DNA of 48,996 nucleotides from Bilabrum cf. latius. Its lineage: Eukaryota. How positions within the stretch are numbered: the stretch's first letter is position 1; each line of letters starts with the position of its first letter. The position numbers were made by a program, and so were the translations under genes. Location: NCBI GenBank assembly GCA_965178125.1, contig OZ237747.1, positions 1,178,001 through 1,226,996 on the forward strand, written 5' to 3'. The notes under the pieces were generated by a model. The model was not told the DNA's origin. It searched no databases and saw nothing but the letters and a program-made list of their open reading frames with translations. Below, piece by piece: positions 25,501 to 39,175 of the stretch.

Positions 25501-26029
25501 TGCCATTCCAGTGACTAAGATGGACATGATTCAAGACTGGCTGGACGAAGTGGTCGAGCAAACGTTCACAGTCGGCCGGTCCCTCAACTGGAAGACCTTC
25601 ATCCAGACTCACGTCCGCGACCCCAGGTTCTACTTCGATACTGAGGAAGACGGGACTTCAAAGCCATTTGTTGGATGGGAATTCTTCTTGGACACTTCGT
25701 CGTTGAGCGACGAGGATGGGTCCGATGATGATGCGGAATCTGAGTTCGGAGACGACAGCGAAGACCTGGAGAGCGAGGAGGATGACGACGATGAGTTCGA
25801 TTCTGCCGTTGAGGAGGAAGAAGAAAGCGATGAAGAGTCCGAAGAAGACGAAGAGGATGAGGAGGCTGCTGACTGGGACGAGCTAGACCGCCAGGCTGCC
25901 AAGGACGACAAGAAGCGTGACATGTTGGACCGAGAGCAGTACTAGGATCGCGGTTCGGCAGGGTCCAAGAGGAAGCGAGCTAGCGGGTCTGGCGGTCATG
26001 GCAAGGGAAAGCGGAAGAGGGTGCGTTGA
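22531..26029 (+). CDS. SPT16: FACT complex subunit Spt16
   Basis: Introns 22594-22679 and 23540-23676. TAG at 22767, 23373, 23693, 24971 and 25943. Motifs EYEFPDT, V*SGG, PVHIATIRN, GNLEAHSNGLRF, F*PCKNE, IHFHLKNPIMVGKK, GWEF, an acidic tail and DWDELDRQA. Ends at TGA 26027-26029. Confidence 0.96.
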
Positions 26030-26278
26030 TTGGTACGAGGGAGCTCGTGATGGCCTGGCTGCAGCCAAAAGGCCTTGATTGCAGCCAGTACTAGGCTGCG
26101 TACATCTGGATGTTGGTTGCTCGAGCAAGTGCTCGGGAGACTCAAAATTGACTGCCGGCCCGTGTTCGATTCAATTTCCACCGGATTACTGAGCGGAGAC
26201 GAACCAGTATTCGCAGCGTGAACTACAAGTAGCTACTTTTCCTATCAAAGCAAGGCTTTTGACTTTTCGCACAATCAA

Positions 26279-29187
26279 TCAGTCAACGATTTCAGGAAAG
26301 TCGAATTCTTCGTCTTGGCGAGACTTGGACCCCTCGACTGCATTCCCAAGGCCTGAAGGGGCTTCAACCTTGTCTGCTTCAGCAGAGCCTCCGTTGTCAG
26401 TAGTTGCCTAGCGGGGCTACCCGGACGGCATCGGCATGCTCTTCGGCAGTCTCGCTTGACCGGCTGGGACAGCAGTGTGCGAACCAGTCGTGGAACCCTG
26501 TTTGCCAGCCTGGTCCCCATGGATTGGCATTGACGAGCCGCTCTGTCCACCGATGGACGCACTTGCACCTTGGTCTCGGCGGTCGATCTCGACGATGTCA
26601 GAGTGGATAGACTACAACAATGCAGGCCAGGATGTTAGCAGCGTGTCGGCGGGCTGGTCTCGGCTGCTGGTACTCCCGGGCGCCCATGACTTCGCTCCGT
26701 CGCCCGAACTAATCAATTCTGCAATTTTCGCGTGCTGGATGGTTGCGCTAGACGCTACAAGTTTCCGCATCGAATACGCCGTGGCGTCTCTCATCGCCTG
26801 CGCGCGGCTACAGCTCGACGCCAGCTGTGTGGCCAACGGCACAGCTCCCACCTGCCCACTCATGCCGACGACGCTGCCCATGATTGCAATGGATATGAGC
26901 TCTAGCTGCTTCATCGTGGTCGGGTGCAATATTGTGCAGCTAGACTGCAGAGCAGAGCAAATAAGTCCGGTTGCTGCTACAGCTTCCTGCTCCAGCCCGC
27001 CGCTGTCGCCCAGGTGGGCTGCAGGCCGAACTGTTGAGAGTGATCCAGTGGTTGATGCACGCTGTGGTTCGTCCTGTCCTGATGCCGAGCGAACTCGCTT
27101 CTTGCCGGCGTACTTCCCCCTTCGACCTCCAAGACGGGCCGCTCCAGTCCCCAGCGGGACGACCTGCTTGTTCTTCGCCTGGGCTCGGAGTGCGTGCACG
27201 GCCCCACCTCCCAGCTGCTGAACCCATGCCACCAGCCTTTGCACCGCAGTGTCGAAAAGACCAGGCCCAGGCGTGTCACGCCCGTGCCGTGCCACGCCGG
27301 CTCTGTGCAGGGCAGAGGCCGCCCTCAGCAGGCTGACGGCGCTCCGGGTCGCGTCTTGCGAGGGGGCAGAACGGCTCTGCAGAGACCGGAACAGGGCATA
27401 TAGCAGCGGCTAGGCATGCCGAAGTAGCACAATCCTGCCCTACAGCCGCTGCATGCTGCATAAACCATGAACTGTTTCGGCACAGTATCTGGCGCAAGCG
27501 GAAGTAACCATCTATGCAAACCCTTGCGGCAGCTGCAATCCGTCGCTCGAGTCGAGACTGACACCACCCTTTTCCTTCGTAGCAATGACTTGCATCAAGC
27601 CAGCCGAAGCAGTCTCAACGATTGCGGCGATTGGGACCGAGACCTTGCCGCCTCTCTTTGATTGGGCCGACGAGTGCCGACTCGGCGAGCACGCAGCGCT
27701 GCCAGCGAAGCGAACCATGTCACAGATCTGAACAAGGATCCCTCTCAAAGTATGTGTGATGTTCTAACAGCTTTGCGAAGAGCGCATGGCCACACCATGT
27801 GCCCAGCCGCGCTGCCCGCCAGACGGCTTGCTAGCAGAAGCGCTACCTGGGACCTGGACATGCACTGGCCAGTAACCATGCGCCGGAAGTGTCACAACGT
27901 GCCATATTGATTGATCCACAATGACGCACACTCCGGGCAAACGTTGCAAGGTGCGCACCTCGATCTTATCGCCAGAGCCGACTTGCATGATCCTGAGGGC
28001 CGCTGAGGCGTCCTCGTCTTTGGCAAGCTTCAGCACACTAGATCCTGGTCTTGAGTGGCTGCAAGTAGCATCAAGCAAGGCGCAATATGTTGCGCATAGC
28101 GAAGATACCCAGTTGCCTCCGGGTAGCCAATGGGAGACTGCATGGCTGGGAAGGCTGGAAAGCGCAACGATGCACAAGCTGGCTGCCTTCGACACGCTTG
28201 GCTCGGAGCAAACTCCGAGCCGGCAGACAGCAGGCAGGCAATCGCCAACCAACTTGCCTCGGGATGATATGAAACCGGAAAAAATCGTTAGTACTGCAGA
28301 CAGGCATCGCAAGAGGCTGATCAAGCACACGCAAACGGGGTTTGCTGTCGATGTCCCTACTTCTACAGAGCCAGCCTAGACGTGGCGTATGATGGACGAA
28401 ACGAGTCTTCCGATGTATGAATGAGGATTTCGTCCGAGTTTATCTCCGGCTCCCCCTCGCTTAAGACTCTCCGAAGCTAATTCCCGACTCTACTTTTCGA
28501 TGCAACGTCGCACAGAGCTTGCAGCGTTTCCGATTTGCCCGGATAGGGACACGCTAGTGTTAAGTACTGGACATTTATCCAAAAAGTCAGTCAAGATTGG
28601 TAATAGACGAGCCACAAAGCCAGAATCGCAACTCGACAGGTCCGTTCCGGAAATACCAGCAAGACCAACTTCTGATATATTCAAATCCCGCCTGGTTATT
28701 CCAAGGCGGAGGATACCAAGAAGATGCTCATCTACGTTGCTGCTCGAAGTGTAGGCAGACATGGGATCGCCGCAATGTACCTTCTGTTTGTCCCCCAGCG
28801 ACGTGTTCCTCTCGACATTTGACTCCGGATGGCCAGCCAATCCAGTCACATTTTGTTTTGCATGCCCTATACTCGAGCCTGCAGCACGCCAGCCAGCTTT
28901 ACTGCTAGCTTGCATTGTTTCGCTAAGTGCGAGCAGTACCAGCACTGCAGTTTGTAAGGGATTCACCGGGAGGTTGGTCCGACCCCCACCATGCTCTTGC
29001 CGATCCTCCGCGCCTTCCCCCTCGTGGGCAATCACGCAAATTAGCTGGAGCTGAACCGTCCCAGCACATACACAGTCTGTGGCAGCAGTCACTGCGTCAG
29101 GGGCGGTGCGGCCCTGGAAGCCTTGAGGCAACCGTAATGCCTCCACGTAGATGCTACGTCTCCGACTGCGTGAAGCTTGGCTTCCAT
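26279..29187 (-). CDS. Large alpha-solenoid protein, tentatively Rix1/PELP1-like
   Basis: One frame from about 29146 to TGA 26279, interrupted only by at least 9 TAG. It is helical and Ala/Leu-rich and ends in DEEFDFPEIVD, reminiscent of Rix1 C-termini. The 5' end (ATG 29187 plus a probable small intron) is unresolved. Confidence 0.5.
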
Positions 29188-29201
29188 TGTGGTTAGACTG
29201 C

Positions 29202-30041
29202 TCACTGCTTCATGCCTTTGTCCCCGCGCTACATGTTCCCTGTTTCGGCTGCTACCAACGGCTTAGAAGCAACTGAGAGGATGTCTCCAAAGGACCTGGC
29301 GCCGAGCAGGGCAGTCCGAGCAACGGCAACTGCGTCACCGCTGCCTGATGCAACCTACTTGACATCATTCAGTCGCCTCCGCAGGTATTCTGTAGAATCC
29401 TGGAAGCCTTCAGATTCATCCGACAGCATGGCAATCTCAGCGCTAGAGTAGGCGCCAAGAAGAAGCAGCCTGCGACTGTACCACGTAAGGTCTGTTGATC
29501 GATCCCCAGCCTAATGCCAAATCTCATCAATTGACACGGCAAGACTGTCTGTTGCACGAGATACATTCTCTGGCTACAGCCCAATAGCAATTGCTTCACC
29601 CCACTCCGCGCCGTGTTTGTCAGCAATTGCCAGCAACCGAGCCCTGGATGCCTCGAACACGCGCTCCGTCGCATCCATTGATGCCACTTCATCAGCTGAT
29701 AGTGAGTGCATGCTGTCAACCATAGACTTGTCCGCTTCTCGCATGGCAAAAACGATCAAGTCCATGGCATCCGACGCATACTTGCGAGACGAAATCGCTG
29801 GGATGCTCAAAGAGCTACAAGCCGACTCCACGGCCTCCATGGACCAGCCGAAATCTTTTACTCTTGCTAACGATGCCAAAAGAACGTCATCACGGGATGG
29901 ATAGTCCGGGGTATTCGTTGCTATTGACCCTTTTGAGCTAGCAAGGACCTGACGTGTCAATCTTGCGCGGCAAGTATCTACAGTGCGCCGCAATAAGGGG
30001 CGTGCAACCGCTGATACACGATTCATGATAATACTTTTCAT
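29202..30041 (-). CDS. COQ9: Ubiquinone biosynthesis protein COQ9, mitochondrial
   Basis: Arg/Ser-rich presequence, VKDFGWS, and DEIWH*AGDRSTDLTWYSRRLLLLGAYSSAEIAMLSDESEGFQDSTEYLRRRL. TAG at 29574, 29511, 29355 and 29229. Ends at TGA 29202. Confidence 0.93.
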
Positions 30042-30427
30042 AGGAGGCGGTGAAACTATTCACCAATTTCCGCTTGTTGAAATACCTGGCGGTGCTCGCG
30101 GCGGCGATCGTCAATAACTAACCGCACCTTACAATACCGCGGTTCGCCTCAAAATTCTTCAGCGCTGGTGGCACCTCAAGACCCTCACCAATGAATACTT
30201 AGCTGCCTGTTACATTAAATCGAGTCACATAGCTGTGTAGGGGCTATGGTAACCGACTGGGAATGATCGGACACGGCGTGAACAGCATGAGGGAAACGCA
30301 CAGCGGCAGGCATCGGCTGGTGAGGGAGTATCGAACCCGACTGCGTTTCTTGCCTCATTGGCGTTCCAACCTTTAATCAACTAGGCTGAGTCGGCTCTTG
30401 CCGCTTACCTGCAATCATCCCGCGCAG

Positions 30428-32203
30428 ACGCTACGCGAGCCGAAACCGGTGCCCCTCAGCAATGCTTTCGTGAAAGAGGAGGCCAAGAAGATGGGCGGCT
30501 TCCCATATCGCGATGATGGCGAGCATGTTAGCTTGCGAACAGTGCCAGCGTGAGCATAAATTGTCATGATGTGGCGGCGCGTCAAAAGCTGAATCACATT
30601 AATGCTGAACACTGCTTTGGCCTTTGCTTATTCTTGCAGTGACGCCAAAGAGTTTAGTAGAATGCGAAGACGATACAAAAAAGAACTAGGCCAGCTTCGG
30701 AAGCAGTGGAAAGCTGCATGGACGGCAAGAGAAGAGAGACAAGCCGAACAGCGAACAGCTGCCTTTGCTGAGTCTAGTGCTCGAGCAGCCAGCCTTCGGT
30801 CAAAAAAGGATTCGGAAAAGCTTGCCCGCCGTGCACTTCACAAGCAGATGTAGGCCAGGAACCAACAGGCGGGGCTTGCTAAAAAGTAGATGGGTATTGA
30901 GCGAACCGCCCTGTGGCACAAGCAAGTAGATAGGAGGCGCTCGAAGTGGCTGGACGCCGTTGAGGCTGACGCAGAGACCTGGATTGGTGAGGACGAAATT
31001 GACAGGAGGATTTCTGCTGAGCTCTTCCAGGAGAAGTACCCGGCACACCTAGAGACGTACTTCGCTGCAAGCGCGCAACGGAAGATCGCAGATGAGCTGA
31101 GGCAGAGAGCGCAGGAGGCAGCTGAGTCAGCTAGGGCACTGCAAGAAAGATTCGACGCCGCGCGTGAAGCTGCGTCTGGCGGGGCTACCGGTTAGAGGCG
31201 CCGTGACGGGGCTCTCGACACTCTGGCCGGTGGCACTGGCTCCAGAACTCACGGCGATGAGGACGAAGCCGGCGCTGCAGCACTGCTCGGGCTGGAGAAC
31301 CTGGCGGGTGATGAGACTGAGGATGACTCGGGGAGTGATGGTCAAGAGGATTCCATGCTTCGGTCGCTGCGTCTGGATGCGATGGCAGCTCGTCGGGAGG
31401 CAAGGGAAGCGGCTGCGACGGCCGAGCGTCACTCCACCGCGCTTGCAGATGATGACGATGAAGACATGGACGTGTGGGACAGCGACGACTGGTTGGAGCG
31501 TGAGGGAGCTGCTCGCCGCACGCAGCTCGTGGATCCAGTAGAGCAGGTGGAGGAGAGCTACCGCAGGCTGGCCTCTGCTGGCTTGCAGATCGCTGAGCTC
31601 TACCACGAGAAGCCAGGGTCTGGTCCTCGCGACGACCGCGATGCTCGACTGAGGCAGTACGCGCGGGACTACCTGCCAGGTGCCCGCACTGCGGAGCAGC
31701 TTGCTCAAGCAGGAGTAGGGCCTGGTGACGAAGAGGCCGATCTCAACCTCGACCGCGGCTTCGAGTCAGCTCGGACCGAAGGCTGGCTGACGAATGCCCG
31801 CGGGGAGGTTGTAGTCGATGAGGGCGAGGATGAGGACGAGGAGGCGCAGCTCATGGATGCGTACGCCCATGGTGACGTGCGCCAGGTGGCAAGGCTGCTG
31901 ACGAGGAAGCGGCAGAGGATGGTCAGCGAGTACCCCGCACTAATGGCTGCACGGCGGAGCATCGGTGAGCCCTTGGAGGGCAGGGACGGCGACGAGATCG
32001 CCGCCGAGGAGCAAATGAGGCTTGGAGTAGCTGAAGTGGGTTCTCAGCCTGCAGACGTTTCCGACGAGTTTGGCTTGGACGGTGCCGATGAATTCGAGTA
32101 CGAGGTGGATCCTGAGGCGCTTGTGGGTGAAGAAGACCTTGGCGAGCCCTTCTTGGATGACGAGCCTTCGGCTACCGGAGGCAACGACGCTGGGCGAAGG
32201 TGA
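30428..32203 (+). CDS. Coiled-coil protein resembling mitochondrial ribosomal protein mS26, with acidic C-terminal extension
   Basis: Exon 30428-30549, intron 30550-30639, then a single frame through TAG 30851, 30887 and 31193 to TGA 32203. RRRYKKELGQLRKQW...TWIGEDEIDRRISAEL resembles mS26. A further upstream exon is likely (possibly ATG|GT at 30246). Confidence 0.5.
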
Positions 32204-32392
32204 TCTGCACTGTCGCTGCTACTCTAGCTACGTTAGGGTGGTCCGATTCTAGTACAAACGAGTCGCCAATCGGCTCTTTGGGTGCGATTGCGAGCATAAC
32301 CTTATTGGTTCGGAGAGTCGCTGCATTGTCACACGTATTCGCCGAGCAGACGGCGGTATCGCACACAAAGCCATACATCCCCTGCACGCATG

Positions 32393-35300
32393 TCAATCAT
32401 CTTCCATGTCGTCCATTCGCTTAACTTTGCCGTCAGCGAAATCCCGGAGTTTCTATGCTTCCGCAGATTTTGACGACGGGGAAATGCGCCCGGGGTCACC
32501 GTGCCGAGCCTGCACTACGTCGCTCGAGCCAGGCTGGAAGACGGTGCGACCGGACTCTGATACTGCCATTTCGATTCCGGACTTGCTAGACACCTAACCA
32601 TCCTAGCCCAGAGCCTCTCTTCCACGAGCAGCGTTCCTCTTCAGGAAAGACCGGGATTGGGAGTGCGCAGCTAGCGCTTGCTTAGCAGCTTCGCGCACCT
32701 CCTCCTCCGCCGATGGACGCAGGAGACCTCCCTCTCGGGCCAGCCACGAGATAGCTGGTGGGACGAAGGCGCGCACGTGCCGAATGCTTGCTTGCTGGAC
32801 CTCATGCTGCGCCCTGCCAATATAAGCAATGCTGAGGGAGCCTCCTCGCGGACTGGTGGACGGCTCTGCCGGATCCGGCACGTACTGTACCTGATACCAA
32901 TCGTCGCCCCTCTGGCTCACCATGGCTGCTGCGTTGGCCCGGTACTCGGCGTGGGCAGCTGCTTCCATCTGCGCGAGCTTGCTCGAGTCGTTGCCCGACA
33001 CGGCTCTTGCCTGCGCCATGCGCCCAAGGAAAAGCTCGTACAGCTGCCGCACCTTGGCGGAGGCACCATCGTGCAGAGACCCCGTGAGGTGCTGCACACA
33101 CTGTTTGGCCACGCGGTCTAGTGTATACAACTGGAAGGCATGGGTCCCTGCCAGTCGCCTGCACTCCTCCTCAAACCTAGACGGGTCCATGCTCTGGTCG
33201 ATCACCGCGTACAGTACCGTCAGAAACTGCTGGTACGGGTCCTCTTCAGGTACACCTTGAGCCCCGGTTGCGCCGTCCATGGCCTGCTGCGCGGATGCAT
33301 CTCCGCTGGAAGCACCGGACGAGACCGCTTGCTCACGGTCAACCACATGAGCCACCCGGCGTCTTCCGAAGCCTTGACCGCTCCTGCACAACTTCTTTGC
33401 GATTGAAAGGCGCTCGCACAAAAGTTGTAGCAGCCGAAAGAACAAGTAGTCTGTGGGGGATCCGACGTAGGAGCTGACTCCAACACGCACAGTCGTGTCA
33501 GGCAAAGCACCAGGGGCCGCGCGTTCGCTCAACTTGGCCGCCACCGCAGACTCTGCACTTGCTGCCGCGGTGGACGCAAGCGGGCGAACCTTGCCAGCGA
33601 CGGAGTGCAGCATGGCTGCGCTGACGTCATCATCGTTGCTCCCGCTTGACATACTGAACCTGATGCCGCCCCCAGATACCCCGGATACAGCTGCATCGAA
33701 GCCAACAGACCCAGCCTGCACATCTTTGCCACCCTAGGCTGCCGGCTGAACATCAACCGCGTTCAGGACAGCCACATTAGTGGCTCCTTCACCCCAATTC
33801 AGGAGAATTTCATAGCGCACATCAGGCAAATCCTCCTGTAGCGATGCGCTTGAATCGTCCTCCATCGCTGCCTGTGGCTTCGACTTCGCCTTGCGGCCTC
33901 GCGATTTGCCCTTGCCCTTGCTACGACCACCAGCTGGTTGCTCCTCAGGCTCTTTTGGCTTCATTTTGGACACAATCGCTGCCGCAGCTGCAGGTAGGGA
34001 CTCGTCTTCTTCGAGCACGCCGTGATTGCCCCACCTGCAACGCAGCACGACGCCGTCGCCGTAAGGAGTGGACACTGCCGCACCGATCGGCACGATCCCG
34101 GGTCCTGTGGGGGACATGGAATCCTGCATCGGCGTCTGCCAGCCGCTTCCAAGCCGGAAAAACCTTGACAAAAACGTCCGCCAGACGCCCGAAAGTAGAG
34201 GCAGATCAGACTTCACTACGATCTGCTCCGCTGCATACTCGAGAACAGCAACAGCATCTGGAAGCACGTCTAGATCTGGGAGTCTGTAGTGCAAGGTAGC
34301 ACGGGCAACGGCTCGAATCCCACCGGAAACGTTAGCATCGTTGACAAAGGCGACATCCTTCGACGCAAGAGCCGGCAGTGCAGAGGCATCTTGCTGGGGC
34401 ACATCCTGCACAGCCCCAGCAGAGCCATCATCAGCCCCGCCAGGCTCGCTGCTGGCGCCATCTGGGCCAACCGCGGTCTTGGCTTCAAGCTCCATCTGAG
34501 CAGATTTCGCCATGGCCTCGGCCTTCTCCACCGCGGCCCGCATCTCCGCTACCAATGACTTCGCCATGGTTGCCTTCTTGTCGCGCTGCTTGAAATAGAA
34601 CGAACGGTGGTCCAGCGACTTGTGGTAATTCCGCTCCATGACAGCCTTCCAGTGCCGGTTCAGCTGCTGCCTCGCCCTCCTCCACTCAAGGTCCTTCTGC
34701 TTCAGCCGCTGCAGAATGACAGGGATAGCACCGGCTGGGTGCTTTCGGAGGAGCTCTAGCATGACACTCGCCTTAGTGCCGTACACGCGCGCGATACTGC
34801 GCAGGTGGATCGTGCTCAGAGACCTCCGGTCGAGGCGAACCTGCCATTCATACCCGTCAGCAGCAGCTAGAGCGCGGATTTCGCTGTCCAGTGGCTCCAA
34901 TGCCCGGATTGTGCTGTGGTTGTTTGCGACGATTTGATCTACCTCGTATCGTTCGTCTTCGCAGCGGAATAGGGCCTCCTCGTACACATTTCGGCGCATG
35001 TGCTTGAAGCTGAAGTCCTCGCTGCCAGTCGGGACAGACACCCAGATATCGTTCAGCAGGCTCTGTTCCCATCGCGACCGCTCTGAGCATGCCTGCATGG
35101 GAAACCCTGCTGGCAGCTGGCGGTACGATCGGCCGTTGGTCCTCTGCTTGGACAGGTCCAGTTCAGCCACGGGTAGCGACTGGAACGCATCCTCTTCTGT
35201 CGCTGCAGTGCTGCGCTTTGGGTGCAGAAGTGCCCGCACATCTTCGAGCAACGATAGGGTGCGCTGGGAGTGCCCCAGAACGTCTCCCAACAAATTGAAC

Positions 35301-37126
35301 AGCTCTTGGCGGTTCAATATTTGCTGCGCGTGCAGCTCGAAGCACTTTAGCACCTCCAGCCAGGCTTCTCTGCCCCCCAGGGCCGCCTTGAGCCGAATGA
35401 AGAGACTCTACTCCGTGGGTGGAAGAGACACGCGCAGCTCCTCGTCCGCGTCACGGGCGGCAGCTTCCCGGGCGATCCCACGCGCTGACCGGCCCGGACC
35501 CATGCCCACCATCATGCGGGCCTGCGACCTGCGCATGTCTCTCGCCCGGCTGCGCTCACCAGCAGCAGCAGCAGACCACCTGTCGTGATCCCCAATCGCC
35601 ATACCATGCCTGCCGGCTGCCAGTCCGCGGTCTCCTGCACGCACCCAGTCCCGAGCGCCCGGCCCTCCCCTGCGCATTTCGCGCTGGCGCTCCGCCTCCC
35701 TGCTGAGGCGCTCCCGAGCCTGAGATTGGATTGTGTCGGGGAGGAAATACGCAAAATCCGTCAGAAGATCTTCGTGGTCTGCGAATAGGTGAGACACGCG
35801 GTCCAGCACCGCCTTGATGTCCTCCCTGTTGCGCTGGTACGAGTGCAGGATCTCCAGGAAGCTCTTGTAGATCTTGGGCTCGTTTGAGAACCTCCGCTTG
35901 ATGCGAGTCACGTACTGGATTGCGTGGTCGAATTCCATCGGCTAGCCTTGCTCGCGGGCTGCAGCTGGCCGTTGGCCAGCCCGGAGCGGGACCCCAGGAG
36001 CCCCGGGAGGTGGGCCTTGCGGTGGCAGGGGAGCCTGCGCGGGGGGAATGCCAGGGTGGGGGCCGTCCGCACCTCCATCACCCATCCGTGGTCCAGGGTG
36101 TGGGATCCCGCCCATCTGCTAGCCAGGCTAGGGCACAAAGCCAGGTATGCTGTTGCCATCGATGCGGAACCCGGGCGGGAGGAATGTGTTGAAGCCGTAG
36201 ATAAGCTGGGGGTGGCCTTCAAACAGCTCCGAAACACGCCGAATCACACCAGGCGTGTCGATTCTACGAAAATGAAGCAAATAAATGCCGACAGTAAAGG
36301 GAATCATCAGTTTCAGCTGTGCACAAGGCGAACTTAGCCGCAACATTGTGAAATGGTACTTACGACTGAGCCTTGAACTTCTTCATGATGTCCAGGAACT
36401 GGTTATAGATCTCTGGGCGGTCGCTAAACCTCTTCTTGACCTGCAATGAAAGAAATAAAACGGGTGAAGAGAAAACATGATGGCTGGAAGCTCCCAAGGA
36501 GCAGCACTACGGCTGCAATCACTGCTCACCTTGTCGAGATATGCGAGGGCGTCTTCTACTTTCAACGCCCTAGATTGCTGTGGAGCTCCACTTGTCTGCG
36601 CTATTTGCTGCTGGGGCGGCTGCTGCGGCTGACCCTGTTGATGCTGCTGCGGAGGTTGTTGCTGCTGCGCTTGGGACTGCTGCGGAGGCGCCTGCTGCGC
36701 CTGCGATTGCAGCTATGACTGCTGCTGCTGCTGCTGCTGCTACTGCTGTTGTTGCTACTGCTGCTGCTGGTGGTGGTGCTGTTGCTGAGCTGCGACCTAC
36801 ATCATCGCCTGGCCAGGTGCGAGCTGCTGGTGCCCAGCTCCCGGGTACATCTGTCCTTGACCCATGATGATTCGCTGCTACGGCGCACCTTGAAGCATCT
36901 GCTACTATCGCATCTCCATTACACGCTGCTATGCGGCATGCTGCGCATGCTGCGCCTGTTGCATTGCGGCTTGCTACTGCTGACCGGCTGCAAGCTGTGG
37001 CTATTGCTGCTGTGACGGAGCTTGGCTGGGCTACGGTTGCACGGCACCTTGCCCTCCGTCTTGGATAACCATCTTCTTTGGGGGCTACCCATACTCATCG
37101 CCGTCGTCCTGCCTTTGCCTCTTCAT
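32393..37126 (-). CDS. SIN3: Paired amphipathic helix co-repressor Sin3
   Basis: Introns 36529-36441 and 36363-36264. Contains PAH1 ([14 protein letters not shown]...GFNTFLP), PAH2 ([16 protein letters not shown]), the HDAC-interaction domain ([40 protein letters not shown]) and Sin3-C (FEEECR...LYTLDR). About 20 in-frame TAG. Ends at TGA 32393. Confidence 0.96.
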
Positions 37127-37285
37127 CCGCTGTGCACGGCAAAGTCTGTCGATATTTGGAAATCGAAGTATTCTGCCAAATCAGATTATCATGTGATTAT
37201 TCGTTACAATAATGAATGAACGTTCTATGATAGCAGCGAACCAGTTGAACTGAAGGATCAAAGCTAGGATTCCCAAGTCCCCGTG

Positions 37286-38748
37286 ATGACTGGAGTTACA
37301 GGGTTGCTCACATCGCTGGTACCAAAGAGTGTGTTTCAATTTGCGGAATGGTTCGTGTTCACTTTCATTGGAGGAGTGGTTATGCCGGTGAGTTCATCGC
37401 GATCCTTCCACAGGTGTGACGTTGCGCACAGATCGGTGGGGTACCACAACAGTTCGCCGTGTTTCCCATACTTTTCGCAGATCATTGAGATGAACATTGT
37501 ACCCGACTTTCTTCTCCGTCTAGCCACGCGACTGGCGCTCGATTACAGAGTTTACAACTCGAACTCCTAGGGAGACACCAAGGTTGACCTCCACAGCGCA
37601 AAACTAGCGTACATTGAGGATTTGAAGCAACGACCAATCGCAGAGTAGCAATCAGCAGCAAATAAGCAGCACTACGAGGTTCCTACTGAGCTGTATGATG
37701 TGAGGTTTTTCGGCAAGGGTGTTCCCGCATGTTTTCCGTGGAGCCTTGCACAGTCTCCATTCTGCTGATCGCGCTCGTGCCCGCCGGGAACAGAGTACCC
37801 CATTGTGCAAACCTTTTTTCGCAGCTTTGTCTTGGACCTCGCAAGAAGTACAGCTGCTGCCTGTGGCCGGAAGGGTGCGACTCTCTAGCCGAGGCTGAGG
37901 AGCATTCCCTGGAGCAGGTCTGCCAAAGAGCTCGCCTGTAGGAGCTGCCTCAGCGCGAAGGGCGCGGTCGAAAGCCCAGGGTGCTCGATCTCGGCTGCGG
38001 CTGGGGCAGCGTAAGCCTGTACATTGCGGAGCACTTCAGAGGTCTGGAGGTGGTGTCTGTGTCCAACAGCAAGACCCAGAAGGAGTACATCGAGGCGCAA
38101 GCCAAGCACAAGGGCCTGGACAACATCACAGTGCACACCCAAGATGCGGCTCGACTGGACCTTCCCGCTGATTCTTTCGACCGAATCGTGTCCGTGGAGA
38201 TGCTGGAGCACATGAAGAACTATGAGCAGCTGTTTGGCAAGCTTGCCACGCTGCTGCGACCGGGCGGGCTCTGCTTCTTCCACATCTTCACTTGCAACGG
38301 CCAGCCGTACCATTTCGAGGAAGGGTGGATGGCGGACGAGTTCTTCACTGGGGGACAAATGCCCAGCACGGACCTGCTGCTGCACTTCCAGAGAGACCTG
38401 GCCCTGGAGCAGAGCTGGATCATGTCCGGTGTCGAGTACTAGAAGACGCTCGAGGCATGGCTCCGTCTCCTGGACGAGAACACGCAGGAGGCGCTGGAGC
38501 TCTTCCGTCGCACGAATTGCCCCAACCCAACGGCCCAGCTGGTCAAATGGAGGATGTTCTTCTTTGTGTGTGCCGAGAGCTTCGGGTATGGCAAGGGTGA
38601 CGAATGGGTCGTGTCACATTACCTGTTCCGCAAGCGTGGCGGGGGCTCGGCACCGCCGGCTTCAACCGTGCAGACTGTCGAGGAGCAAACTGGTGCCCAG
38701 CGGCGGCAGGCTGGGGCCAAGCGCGGTCAGAGCGGACCTCACCTGTGA
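37286..38748 (+). CDS. SAM-dependent methyltransferase, CMAS / coclaurine N-methyltransferase-like family
   Basis: Introns 37388-37480 and 37700-37824. Motifs ANKQHYEVPT, LGPRKKYSCC, VLDLGCGWGS, VSNSKTQK, FDRIVSVEMLEHMKNY and WRMFFFVCAESFGY. TAG at 37568, 37646, 37939 and 38440. Ends at TGA. Confidence 0.92.
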
Positions 38749-39175
38749 ATCTGACGACTACGGAGCCTGAAGGCACCGGCATTGATCCACCCTAACGCCA
38801 ATCGAGCGCGTTCAGCATCTTGGCGATCGGGTGCAGTTGAAGTGCCCATGCCCAGCTACGCACAGCTGGATCAACTAGATGCGACATTCAAGTAGCAATG
38901 CGAACGCAAGAAACAGCAGAAGACTCTGCCATAACACTGCACTCACATCACCTCGTTCATCTCACAGTTCCATATCAAGGTTCCATACCATAGAGATCTA
39001 GCTAGTTTGGTGTGCACTTGCAGTGATGTGCACGAACCTCAGGCACAAAACCTTATTAGCTTCAGATTCATTCAGTGCCCTGCGCAATGTCCACTTCAAT
39101 TGCAGATAAGCTTTATAACATACATGCGGAACGAACTAAGTCAAGGCGGGAGCTGGAGGCCTCTTCTCGTGAGGA

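Noticed and set aside
22531-26029. TAG codons hidden in tiny introns or acting as splice acceptors
   Set aside because: Flanking residues align colinearly with conserved motifs and there are no matching GT donors. The confidently modelled introns here are 85-205 nt with clear GTGAG/GTAAG donors. Only one TAG (36264-36266) is a genuine acceptor.
38848-38934. Short ORF MPSYAQLDQLDATFK*QCERKKQQKTLP
   Set aside because: Only 28 codons, with no homology or splice support.
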